A DNA stretch of 39,972 bases from an uncultured bacterium (GTDB taxonomy: Bacteria > Desulfobacterota > Desulfovibrionia > Desulfovibrionales > Desulfovibrionaceae). Shown piece after piece: positions 9,246 to 18,492 of this stretch (the first letter of the stretch is position 1; every line of letters starts with the position of its first letter). The DNA lies in NCBI GenBank assembly GCA_905215675.1, contig CAJMRA010000001.1:1-39972 (forward strand), given 5' to 3'. The notes under the pieces are model-generated. The model did not search any database, was not told the DNA's origin, and worked only from the letters and a program-made list of their open reading frames with translations. Position numbers and translations under genes: made by a program.

Positions 9246-10443
9246 GTTCCGCTCCGTAGAGGTCCAGACTTGCCGTCAGGCGTGTATGACCGCTGAAGAA
9301 ATAGTCCTTGTCCTGCACGATTTCAAAGGTCGCCGCATTATCCCACCAGTGAAAGCAGTTTTCCAGATGCGTCGTACCGGTATGCGCGGCAAGATTGACG
9401 CTGTAGACTCCCGGGCCGATGTTCATGGCCGGAAAGTGGAAACAGCCCCGCCCGTCGCGGCGGATATCGGCCGTCGTACGCAGCAGCGCGCCGTTTGTGC
9501 CGAAGACGTCCTGCCCGAAGCGGTCGCGCAGCATGACGCCGAATGTCACGTTGTCAACGGGCTCGCGGCAGGCGTAGGCGAAGTGAATATCCGCAGGGTC
9601 CCCGGACGTCAGCACGGAAAGCGGGGAGCCGTCCGGGGACCGGAGCTGTACGGAGGTAAAGCGCACGGCGGCGTTACCGTAGCCTGTGGGCGTCTCTTCG
9701 CCGCTGTTGCCGCGGGCGGCCATGACCTTGTTGTAACGATTGACGGCTTCATCGGGAGCGCCCAGATAATCGACGACGCCGTGATGCAACAGCATGGCCG
9801 TATCGCAGAGCAGCTTGACCGCATTCATGTCGTGCGACACAAAAAGGATGGCGCCGCCCTGCGCGCGGAAGTCCCGCAGGCGGGCAAAGCATTTTTGCTG
9901 GAAGCGCACGTCGCCCACGGACAGCGCCTCGTCGATGATGAAGCAGTCCGGATCGGCATGAAAAGCGATGGCGAAGGCCAGCCGCATGGTCATGCCCGAC
10001 GAATAGCTTTTCAACGGCGCGTCGATGAAATCGTTCAGTTCGGAAAAGTCGATGATGGCCTGTTCGCGTTCGGCAAGCTGACGCCGCGTCATGTGCAGAT
10101 ACGCGCCGTTGAGATAGATGTTGCGCCGTCCCGACAGCTCGCCGTTGAATCCCGTGCCCAGCTCCAGCAGACCGGTAATTTTCCCGCGGCGTTCGATGCG
10201 GCCTTCGTCGGGCAGCAGCAGCCCGGCCACGAGCTTGAGGAGCGTGGACTTGCCGGAACCGTTTTCGCCCACGATGCCCATGGTTGTTCCCGGCTCCAGC
10301 GTGAAGGAAATACCGTCCAGCGCGGTAAAGTCCCTGTGCAGACAGCGGCGGGAAACGAGTTCGACGATGCGATCGCGCGGACGTTGAAAGAGTTTGAAGG
10401 TCTTGCGGAGGCCTTCGACGCTGATGACGGGCCTAGAGGACAT
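9232..10443 (-). CDS. wzt: Polysaccharide ABC exporter ATPase with C-terminal Wzt_C carbohydrate-binding domain, 403 aa
   Basis: GENGSGKST, LLELGTGFN, YSSGMTMRLAF, IDEALSVGD, plus a C-terminal beta-sandwich (VTFGVMLRDRFGQDVFGTN...GPGVYSV). Confidence 0.92.
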   Translation of the reverse strand: MSSRPVISVEGLRKTFKLFQRPRDRIVELVSRRCLHRDFTALDGISFTLEPGTTMGIVGENGSGKSTLLKLVAGLLLPDEGRIERRGKITGLLELGTGFNGELSGRRNIYLNGAYLHMTRRQLAEREQAIIDFSELNDFIDAPLKSYSSGMTMRLAFAIAFHADPDCFIIDEALSVGDVRFQQKCFARLRDFRAQGGAILFVSHDMNAVKLLCDTAMLLHHGVVDYLGAPDEAVNRYNKVMAARGNSGEETPTGYGNAAVRFTSVQLRSPDGSPLSVLTSGDPADIHFAYACREPVDNVTFGVMLRDRFGQDVFGTNGALLRTTADIRRDGRGCFHFPAMNIGPGVYSVNLAAHTGTTHLENCFHWWDNAATFEIVQDKDYFFSGHTRLTASLDLYGAEHGKI

Positions 10444-11218
10444 CGCGGATATCCTTGTGCAGACGGTGAAGGGTGTACAGTCCCAGGGCAACGGCGGCAT
10501 GGGCGCTCAGCAGCATATAGGCAACGGACGCCGGGGAGACGCCCTGTCCGAAAACAAAGCATTGTTGAAAAATGCCGACCACATGCGTCATGGGGTTGAT
10601 GACCAGCGCCCGGGCGGCCCAGTCCGGCAGAATGGACGGCAGGTAGACGATGGGCGTAAACCAGAAAGCCATTTGCAGGGCGATGGCCACGGCTTCCGTG
10701 GTGTCGCGGACGAAGACGGCACAGCAGGCCAGAAAAAGGCCGAAGCCCGCGGCCAGCGCCTGCTGGCAGTACAGGGCGAGAAGCGTCCATCCCAGAAGGG
10801 AAGGCGACGGCGACCAGCCGGAGGCCAGATCGGCCGCGAACAGCAGAAGCGCGCCGAGGGCGAAGGGAAGCAGCTCCGCCATGCAGACGGCCAGCGGAAA
10901 GACGCGCAGATCCACCATGACCTTGTTGATGATCTGGCGTTTATCCACAAAGGCGCGGGCCGTGCGTTGCAGGGTGTTGGCAAAGCAGCTCCAGGCAAGA
11001 AGCCCCGAGGCCACATAGATGCCGTAGGAGTAAATATGTCCGTCGCCGCCGAAGCGGCCTCCCATGAGCTTGCCGAAAATGACAAGATAGATGAACAGCT
11101 GTACCAGCGGCCAGATGAAAATCCAGAGGGAACCGAGCATGGCGCCCGCGAAGCGTTCCTGCAAATCCTGTTTGCAAAGGGTGGCGGCCAGCAGCCAGAA
11201 ATCGATCAGCGCGCGCAT
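10433..11218 (-). CDS. wzm: Polysaccharide ABC exporter permease, 261 aa
   Basis: DLQERFAGAMLGSLWIFIWP, FWFTPIVY, INPM; adjacent to wzt. Confidence 0.92.
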   Translation of the reverse strand: MRALIDFWLLAATLCKQDLQERFAGAMLGSLWIFIWPLVQLFIYLVIFGKLMGGRFGGDGHIYSYGIYVASGLLAWSCFANTLQRTARAFVDKRQIINKVMVDLRVFPLAVCMAELLPFALGALLLFAADLASGWSPSPSLLGWTLLALYCQQALAAGFGLFLACCAVFVRDTTEAVAIALQMAFWFTPIVYLPSILPDWAARALVINPMTHVVGIFQQCFVFGQGVSPASVAYMLLSAHAAVALGLYTLHRLHKDIRDVL

Positions 11219-12360
11219 AGCTTGACGAAAAGCTCCAGATGACGTTGTACGGATGTTTCCCAGCGGAAGCGGGCGGCCTGTTCCGGTCCGCGGCGGCGCA
11301 GATCGGAGTGCAGCGTTTCATTTTCCAGCAGCTCTTTCAGGCGGGCGCTCATGGCGTCCGTATCGCCGGGGGGCGCGCACAGGGCGGCGTCCCCGCAGAC
11401 TTCCCGCAAGGCCGCGTCGGTGGAGATCAGCGTCGGACAGCCGCAGGCCAGCGCTTCCAGCGCGGGCAGGCCGAAGCCTTCATACCATGAAGGATAGGCC
11501 ACTACGTCGGCGGCCCGGTACAGATCGGGCAGATCGGCGTCCGCCACGTAGCCCCGCAGCTGTACATATGCGGAGCGTTTTTCTATTTTTGCAAGAATGT
11601 CCGCATTGTTCCAGCCGGGCGCGCCCGCCAGCAGCAGGGGAAAACGCCGCTGCAACGCTTCGGGCAGCGCGGCGTGCGCGTCCAGCAGGCCGGACAAATT
11701 CTTGCGCGGCTCCAGCGTCCCCACATGCAGGATGAAATGTTCCGGCAGATTCAGACGACGACGCGCAGCCCGGCGGCTGTCTTCCGTCCCCGGATGGAAG
11801 CGGCGCAGATCGACGCCGTTGGGAATGGCATGGACGCGATCCGGCGCGAGGGAGAACAGCTCCAGCGCTTCCTTTCGGATGGCCTCGGACACGGTGATTA
11901 CGGCGTCGGCCCGTTCCAGACCGGCGCGAAAGTGCTTTTCCATGAAGCACACACGTTCCGCCGGATGCCACTGCGGATAGAGAAAACAGGAAAAGTCGTG
12001 GGCCGTCAGCACGGCATGGCGGGCGCGAATGCCGGGCATCAGGACAAAATTGGGTTCAAAATAGCAGTCATGGCGGACGCCGCGCAGGGCATGCCACGCC
12101 GCGCCGGCAACGGCCAGACCCTTCCGGCAGACGCGTCGCGCCAGAGGCCGGCGGGCGATCAGCGATTTGATTCTGCCGATCAGGGACGCCGCGCTGCCGT
12201 TTTCATCGTCGCCGATGAGCTTCCGGCTGTAATAGCCGTAATAGTACGTCGTGGAAAACATGTCCGGGCGGGCGGCGAGTCCCTGCGCGATTTGCCGCGC
12301 ATAATGACCGACGCCGGTCTGTCTGCCCAGCAGGGGGACGGCATTGAAAATAAGGTCCAT
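11206..12360 (-). CDS. GT4 glycosyltransferase (MtfB/WbdB-like), 384 aa
   Basis: TGVGHYA, TAHDFS, VGTLEPRKN, YPSWYEGFGLPALEALACG. Start re-assigned to 12360. Confidence 0.88.
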   Translation of the reverse strand: MDLIFNAVPLLGRQTGVGHYARQIAQGLAARPDMFSTTYYYGYYSRKLIGDDENGSAASLIGRIKSLIARRPLARRVCRKGLAVAGAAWHALRGVRHDCYFEPNFVLMPGIRARHAVLTAHDFSCFLYPQWHPAERVCFMEKHFRAGLERADAVITVSEAIRKEALELFSLAPDRVHAIPNGVDLRRFHPGTEDSRRAARRRLNLPEHFILHVGTLEPRKNLSGLLDAHAALPEALQRRFPLLLAGAPGWNNADILAKIEKRSAYVQLRGYVADADLPDLYRAADVVAYPSWYEGFGLPALEALACGCPTLISTDAALREVCGDAALCAPPGDTDAMSARLKELLENETLHSDLRRRGPEQAARFRWETSVQRHLELFVKLCAR

Positions 12361-12403
12361 GTGCGATCCTGACAAATACGATGGTGCGACGGGCAACGCC
12401 CGT

Positions 12404-12528
12404 GAGCGTTTCACCTTTGAAAAAGGTGAAACGCGAGGCGGCAGCACAGCGGGAAAAACCGCGTTTTTCCGCGAAACGACAGCCCGTATGGTTTGAAACG
12501 CCGTGCGTTTCAAACTGAAAATGCTCTA
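12404..12528 (+). mobile_element. Most complete copy of the MITE/REP-like element, with three internal hairpins
   Basis: GAGCGTTTCACCTTTGAAAAAGGTGAAACGC...GGAAAAACCGCGTTTTTCC...TTTGAAACGCCGTGCGTTTCAAA...TGCTCTA. The terminal CTA is the stop codon of the upstream minus-strand GT. Confidence 0.75.
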
Positions 12529-14907
12529 TTCCAGTTCGGCGACGGCCTTTTCCAGAACCTGCATGACCGCGCGCCAGTCGTAACGGGCAGCGATGCGGCG
12601 CGCCGTGGCCTCCAGCTCCCGCGAATCCGACGGCTGCGTAAGAATGCGGCGGATCATGCGGGGAAATTCCTCCGGCGCGCAGGCATGGACGCAGGGTTCC
12701 AGCGGCTCGTCGATGCCGCGCATGCCGAAGGGCGTCGATACGGTTTCAAGTCCGGCCGCCGCGTATTCCACCAGTTTGAGGTTGGTGCCGGAGCCGGAAA
12801 TCACGGGATTCAGCCCCACGTCGGCCGCATGCAGCAGGATTTTCTTGACGGCCTCGCTGACGATGCCCGTCAGATGGACATTGGCGGGACGGGGCGCGTC
12901 CCGGACTTCGGCCTGCGTGCCGACGCTGCCCACGACCAGAAACTGAACGTCGGGCAGTTCTCCGGCCATGTCGCGGATGAGGGACAGGGCCTCGATATTC
13001 GGCTTGTGCCCGCTGCCGACGAACAGGGCAAGCGGCACGTCCGGGTAGAGCAGGCGGCGGCGCAGGGCGCGCCGTTCCCGCGCGGAGGCAAAGCCCGTGT
13101 CCGCGCCGTCGCAGCCGTTGGGGAGAATGCGGCACTTTTCGGCGGGCAGATCGTAACACGTCGCGAAGCGTGCGGCATCTTCCCGCGAACAGGCAAGGAC
13201 GATGCGCGCCGTCCGCACGCATTCGCGCTCCATGGCAAAGACTTCCCGCAACAGTTCCGGGCAACGGTCGCCGAGCACGGCGGTTTTCATGTCGCTTTCG
13301 ACATTGTGGGCGTCATAGAGCAGCGGCGTTTGCGGCAGGGCGCGTTGCAGGGCGGGCAGAAGCCAGGGCGTGGCAACGGCGCAGAGGGCGTTTTCCCCCT
13401 GCATGCGCAGGGCGTCATGCAGGCCAGCATCTTCTCCGCAGGTACGCATCAGGGCAAGATCGTCCACGCTTGCGCCGCCGCAGCGGGCGCGCAGGGCGTC
13501 GGCTTCGTCCAGCGCCCGCTGCGGCCACGGCAGGCGCAGTTCCCGGAAATGCGGTAGGAGTTCCCGCGTCTGTACGCCCTGCTGCGTCTGTGCGCCATAG
13601 CAGATCAGCAGCACGTCGTGACGGCGGGCCAGCGTCTTGCAGACATGATACAGGCGTCGTCCGCCTCCGGAAGGAGCAGAGGCGGAAAACGTGCCGCATA
13701 CCAGAATCCGGCGTCGCGCGGTATCCGTGTTGCGCGTCGCGGCCTGCGCCGCATGAAACAGCAGCTTGCGACAAACGTTCTTCCAGGTGATGTCGCGCAC
13801 CCGCTCCCGCGCGGCGAGCCCCAGACGTTCCGCCAGCGCGGGATCGTCGGCAAGGCGCTGCATGGCCGCGCCCAGAGCTTCGGGCTCGGGTTCCGTACAG
13901 AGTCCCGTGCGGCCGTCCTCCACCAGTTCGCAGACGCCTCCGGCGTCGCTGACGGTCACGACGGGCTTTGCCGTGTGCATGGCCTCCACGGTAATGAGCC
14001 CGTAATCCTCGTCGTAAGGCACAAAGGGAACGAAAAGCGCTCCGGCATAGAGCGCGGGCAGCTCGGCATCCGGCACATGGCCGAGAAATTCCACGCGGGG
14101 ATCGTCCGCCGCCAGCGCCTTCAGATGTTCCATTTCCGGCCCCGTTCCGGCAATCTTGAGGGGAATATTAGCGGAAACATGCCGCATGGCCTCGATAATC
14201 AGGCGAAGGCGCTTCATGGAGGTAAGGCGGCTGGCCGTGAAGATGTAGCGCCCCGGCTCCGGCGGCAGGGCCGGGATATCCGAAGGATGCGGCAGCACCA
14301 GCGTTTCCACGCCCGGCGGCAGATAGCCGCGGCGGCGCACGGTGTCGGAAATGGTCGCATAGGCCGATACCTGCGAAGGCGCCAGCGCCGCGCGATCGAA
14401 GAAATGAATTACTTCCCGGATGAGCGGGCCGGGAAAGGCCAGATAGTGCGGCGGAATGTCCGTTCGGCCGCGCAGCCGGTCCAGCATGTCGAACATCCGG
14501 GCCAGATCGTCGCGCGTGGGCGCGGGCGTGCGCGCCGGCAGGATCAGATCGCGCAGCGCCGCCGGTACGGGATCGAGGCGTTCGGGCAGGCCGGTGAAGC
14601 GATAGGTATCGTAGAGGCCGCGCAGGGTGTGCTGCATGTAGACCACATGACGCGGATGGCGGATCATCCAGGCGGGATACTTGGTGCTGACGACCATGTC
14701 GAAATGGGAAAGATCCAGCTCGCTGAAACGGCGGTAGGCGTCGATCAGATCGAAAAAGCCGTCTTCCCTGCAGGGAATTTTCAGCAGCTCCACAGAGGCG
14801 TCGCTCCAGGCGGAGAGGGCGCGATGCAGCCCCCACCAGAATTTTTCCGCGCCCCCGATCTGAAAGGGGACGGAGGACGGCGCAATGATGGCGATGGTCT
14901 GAGTCAT
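12526..14907 (-). CDS. Two-domain GT4-GT4 glycosyltransferase, 793 aa
   Basis: First domain GGAEKF...EDYGLITVEAM; second domain SGGGRRLYH...SGSGTNLKLVEYAAAG. Start MTQTIAII at 14907. Confidence 0.85.
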   Translation of the reverse strand: MTQTIAIIAPSSVPFQIGGAEKFWWGLHRALSAWSDASVELLKIPCREDGFFDLIDAYRRFSELDLSHFDMVVSTKYPAWMIRHPRHVVYMQHTLRGLYDTYRFTGLPERLDPVPAALRDLILPARTPAPTRDDLARMFDMLDRLRGRTDIPPHYLAFPGPLIREVIHFFDRAALAPSQVSAYATISDTVRRRGYLPPGVETLVLPHPSDIPALPPEPGRYIFTASRLTSMKRLRLIIEAMRHVSANIPLKIAGTGPEMEHLKALAADDPRVEFLGHVPDAELPALYAGALFVPFVPYDEDYGLITVEAMHTAKPVVTVSDAGGVCELVEDGRTGLCTEPEPEALGAAMQRLADDPALAERLGLAARERVRDITWKNVCRKLLFHAAQAATRNTDTARRRILVCGTFSASAPSGGGRRLYHVCKTLARRHDVLLICYGAQTQQGVQTRELLPHFRELRLPWPQRALDEADALRARCGGASVDDLALMRTCGEDAGLHDALRMQGENALCAVATPWLLPALQRALPQTPLLYDAHNVESDMKTAVLGDRCPELLREVFAMERECVRTARIVLACSREDAARFATCYDLPAEKCRILPNGCDGADTGFASARERRALRRRLLYPDVPLALFVGSGHKPNIEALSLIRDMAGELPDVQFLVVGSVGTQAEVRDAPRPANVHLTGIVSEAVKKILLHAADVGLNPVISGSGTNLKLVEYAAAGLETVSTPFGMRGIDEPLEPCVHACAPEEFPRMIRRILTQPSDSRELEATARRIAARYDWRAVMQVLEKAVAELE

Positions 14908-14933
14908 GGGCGAAGAATACGGGCGATTTTTCG

Positions 14934-16346
14934 TTATTTCCGTCCGTAGACGTCGGCAAGGCGGACGATATCGTCTTCGCCGAGATACGCGCCGGACTGG
15001 ATTTCTATCAGCACAAGCGGAATCTTGCCGGGATTTTTCAGGCGGTGGCGCGTGCCGAGAGGAATATAGGTGGACTGATCCTCGGTAAAGAGGCGGGTTT
15101 CTTCCCCGTTGGTCACTTCCGCCGTGCCGCTGACGACGACCCAGTGTTCGGCGCGGTGATGGTGCATTTGCAGCGAGAGTTCCGCGCCGGGAAGCACGAC
15201 GATGCGCTTGACCTGAAAGCGATCGCCTCCGGCCAGCGCCTCGAAGCTGCCCCACGGGCGCTGCACGAGCGCGTGCTGCCGACTTTCCGCGCGCCCTTCC
15301 CGTTGCAGACGGGCGACCAGCGTTTTGACTTCCTGGGCACGGTTTCGGGGAATGACAAGCACGGCGTCCGGCGTTTCCACCACAACCAGATCGCGAACGC
15401 CGAGGGCCGCCAGCAGGCGATGGCGCGCATTCAGAAAGCAGCCTTCCACATCTTCAAGAAGCACGTCGCCGACGGCGACATTGCCCTGCGCATCCTTGTC
15501 GCCCGCCTGATAGAGCGCTTCCCACGATCCCAGATCGCTCCAGCCCAGCGTCAGCGGCAGCACGACCGCCCGTGTTGTCTTTTCCATGACGGCATAGTCG
15601 ATGGAGTCCGCCGGAACGGACAGAAAGGCTTCGCGGCCCGGGCGGCAGAAGGGGCCGTCGTTCCGTCGCTCCTGCCAGGCCGCGCGACAGCCCGCCGCCA
15701 TTTCCGGCGCATGGCGCGTCAGCTCTTCCAGAAAGACGGAAGCCCGCAGCAGAAAAATGCCGCTGTTCCAGAAATAGCCGCCACGCGCCAGCATGGCCTC
15801 CGCCGCGGCGCGGTCGGGCTTTTCCACAAAGCGGGCGACGGCAAATCCCGGCCCGGCGGCGTCGCCGCGTTCAATATAGCCGTAGCCCGTTTCCGGCCCG
15901 GAAGGCTCGATACCGAAGGCGACTATGGCCCCTTTTTCGGCAGACGGCACGGCCCGGAGGACGCCCCGGCAGAAGGCGGCGTCATCGTCAAGGGCGTGAT
16001 CCGAAGGCAGAACCAGCATCAGCGGATCTTCTCCCGTTTCCCGCAGGGCCTGCGCGGCCAGCGCAAGGGCGGGCGCGGTATTGCGGGGAGCCGGTTCCAG
16101 CAGGATGGTCGCCTGTCCGACCGTTTCGTGCAGTTCATGCAGCACATGAAAGCGATGCTCCTCATTGCAGACCACAAGCGGAGCGGCGCGCCCCGGCAGT
16201 CCGTCCAGACGTCGCAGTGTGCGCGCAAAAAGCGTCGGTTCGTCGCCGAAGGCGACAAACTGCTTGGGATGGAGTTCCCGCGAAAGCGGCCAGAGACGCG
16301 TGCCGCTGCCGCCGCAAAGTATGACGGGGGTGATGGTCGTTGGCAT
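14934..16346 (-). CDS. manC: Mannose-1-phosphate guanylyltransferase / mannose-6-phosphate isomerase, 470 aa
   Basis: LCGGSGTRLWPLSR, FVEKP, WNSGIF, WSDLGSW; cupin motif LSLQMHHHRAEHW. Confidence 0.96.
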   Translation of the reverse strand: MPTTITPVILCGGSGTRLWPLSRELHPKQFVAFGDEPTLFARTLRRLDGLPGRAAPLVVCNEEHRFHVLHELHETVGQATILLEPAPRNTAPALALAAQALRETGEDPLMLVLPSDHALDDDAAFCRGVLRAVPSAEKGAIVAFGIEPSGPETGYGYIERGDAAGPGFAVARFVEKPDRAAAEAMLARGGYFWNSGIFLLRASVFLEELTRHAPEMAAGCRAAWQERRNDGPFCRPGREAFLSVPADSIDYAVMEKTTRAVVLPLTLGWSDLGSWEALYQAGDKDAQGNVAVGDVLLEDVEGCFLNARHRLLAALGVRDLVVVETPDAVLVIPRNRAQEVKTLVARLQREGRAESRQHALVQRPWGSFEALAGGDRFQVKRIVVLPGAELSLQMHHHRAEHWVVVSGTAEVTNGEETRLFTEDQSTYIPLGTRHRLKNPGKIPLVLIEIQSGAYLGEDDIVRLADVYGRK

Positions 16347-16376
16347 TGGCGTAATCCTTTGGGGTGACAGGCAGAG

Positions 16377-17315
16377 CTAGCCGCGCCGATTCTCATGATC
16401 CACATACCAGCGGTAGGTATCGCGGATGCCGTCTTCAAGGGGAATGCGCGCCTTCCAGCCCAGAGCGTGCAGTTTCGTCAGATCAAGGAGCTTGCGCGGC
16501 GTGCCGTCCGGTTTGGAGGCGTCCTGTACAAGTTTTCCCTGATAGCCGACGATATCGGCAATCATCCTGGCCAGCGCGGCAATACTGATTTCCTCGCCGC
16601 TTCCGATATTGACGATTTCCGCATCATCATACGTCTGCATGAGATACAGACAGGCGTCCGCCATGTCGTCCACATGCAGGAATTCCCGCAGGGCGGAACC
16701 GGTACCCCAGATGCGGACTTCGGGAGCCCGGGACCCTTTTGCCTCATGCAGGCGGCGCAGCAGGGCGGGCAGCACATGCGAATTTTCCGGGTGAAAATTG
16801 TCCTCCGGGCCGTAAAGATTGGTCGGCATGACGGAAATGGCGTCAAAGCCGTATTGGCGGCGGTAGGCCTGGCACATCTTGATGCCCGCAATCTTGGCTA
16901 TGGCATAACTGTCATTGGTCGGTTCCAGCGGGCCGGAGAGCAGACAGGATTCCGGCATGGGCTGAGGCGCGTTACGGGGGTAGATGCAGGAAGAACCGAG
17001 AAACAGCAGTTTTCGGACGCCGTGCCGGTACGCGGCGTCAATGACGTTTGTCTGAATTTGCAAGTTGTTGCGTATGAAGTCCGCAGGGTAGCAGGAATTG
17101 GCCTGAATACCGCCCACATGGGCGGCGGCCAGCAGGACATATTCAGGACGTTCTGCGGCAAAGAATTGTTCCACATCCGCCTGACGGCAAAGGTCCAGCT
17201 CCGCATGGGTACGAGTCAGCACATGGGAGCAGCCCTTGCGGTACAGGGCCCGGAGGAGCGCCGAGCCAACAAGTCCCCTGTGCCCGGCCAGATAGATACG
17301 AGCATTGTTGTCCAT
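16377..17315 (-). CDS. fcl: GDP-L-fucose synthase, 312 aa
   Basis: [45 protein letters not shown]. Confidence 0.96.
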   Translation of the reverse strand: MDNNARIYLAGHRGLVGSALLRALYRKGCSHVLTRTHAELDLCRQADVEQFFAAERPEYVLLAAAHVGGIQANSCYPADFIRNNLQIQTNVIDAAYRHGVRKLLFLGSSCIYPRNAPQPMPESCLLSGPLEPTNDSYAIAKIAGIKMCQAYRRQYGFDAISVMPTNLYGPEDNFHPENSHVLPALLRRLHEAKGSRAPEVRIWGTGSALREFLHVDDMADACLYLMQTYDDAEIVNIGSGEEISIAALARMIADIVGYQGKLVQDASKPDGTPRKLLDLTKLHALGWKARIPLEDGIRDTYRWYVDHENRRG

Positions 17316-17326
17316 TTTCCGCCCCT

Positions 17327-18475
17327 CTATCTTTCCGCGGCATTATGGAGTTGAAATCCGGCCTGCATGATGACGGCGTCCCGCAGGGCCTGCTGCAAAT
17401 CCTCGAGGACCATTTCCCGCACCGTGTCTTCAAAGGAAATGCGCGGAGCCCAGCCCAGTTCCCGTGCCGCCCTGGAAGGATCGCCCAACAGGGTTTCCAC
17501 TTCCGCAGGGCGGAAATAGCGCGGCGATACGCGCACGACACAATCCCCCGGCCGGAGAGGACTGGCGATTGTTCGTCCGTTGCAGAGCGCTTTCAGCCGG
17601 TCCGTGTCCAGATGCGCCACAAGGGCCTTTTCATCCAGCCCGGAGCCGCGCCATTCGAGCGACAGGCCAAGTTCTCCCGCCGCCCTGTTCACAAAGTCGC
17701 GCACGGAAAATTGCCGTCCTGTGGCGATGACGTAATCGCGAGGTTCCGCCTGTTGCAGCATCAGCCATTGCATACGCACGTAATCGGCGGCATGCCCCCA
17801 GTCGCGCAGCGCGTCCAGATTGCCGAGCGACAGCGCGTCGTCCAGCCCCAGCGCCAGACGCGCCAGCCCCCGCGTGATTTTTCTGGTGACGAAGGTTTCG
17901 CCGCGCAACGGCGATTCGTGGTTGAAGAGAATGCCGTTGCAGGCATAGATGCCGTAGGCTTCCCGGTAATTGACGCAAATCCAGTAGGCATAGAGCTTGG
18001 CGCAGGCGTAGGGACTGCGGGGATGGAAGGGCGTCGTTTCCTTCTGGGGCGTTTCCTGCACGAGGCCGAACAGTTCGGAGGTGGACGCCTGATAGAAGCG
18101 GGTCTTTTGTTCCAGTCCCAGAATACGGATGGCCTCCAGCAGACGCAGCGGTCCCAGCGCATCCACGTCAGCCGTGTATTCCGGCTGTTCAAAGCTGACC
18201 TTGACGTGACTTTGCGCCGCCAGATTGTAGATTTCATCCGGCTGAATTTCCTGTACCAGGCGAATGAGGTTGGCAGAATCCGTCAGATCCCCGTAGTGCA
18301 GCTGAAAGCGATCCGGGCTGTGGTGCCATTGCTCATAAAGGGCATCGATGCGTCCCGTATTGAAAAGCGATGAACGACGTTTGATGCCGTGAACGGCATA
18401 ACCCTGCTCCAGCAGAAATTCCGCCAGATAGGCGCCGTCCTGCCCTGTAATGCCTGTAATAAGCGCTGTTTTCAT
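17327..18475 (-). CDS. gmd: GDP-mannose 4,6-dehydratase, 382 aa
   Basis: [58 protein letters not shown]. Start re-assigned to 18475. Confidence 0.97.
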   Translation of the reverse strand: MKTALITGITGQDGAYLAEFLLEQGYAVHGIKRRSSLFNTGRIDALYEQWHHSPDRFQLHYGDLTDSANLIRLVQEIQPDEIYNLAAQSHVKVSFEQPEYTADVDALGPLRLLEAIRILGLEQKTRFYQASTSELFGLVQETPQKETTPFHPRSPYACAKLYAYWICVNYREAYGIYACNGILFNHESPLRGETFVTRKITRGLARLALGLDDALSLGNLDALRDWGHAADYVRMQWLMLQQAEPRDYVIATGRQFSVRDFVNRAAGELGLSLEWRGSGLDEKALVAHLDTDRLKALCNGRTIASPLRPGDCVVRVSPRYFRPAEVETLLGDPSRAARELGWAPRISFEDTVREMVLEDLQQALRDAVIMQAGFQLHNAAER

Positions 18476-18492
18476 AAGAGTTCCAGAGCTGT

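Noticed and set aside
5821..12528. Palindromic repeats as a CRISPR array
   Set aside because: They are dispersed, not regularly spaced, and there are no spacers or cas genes.
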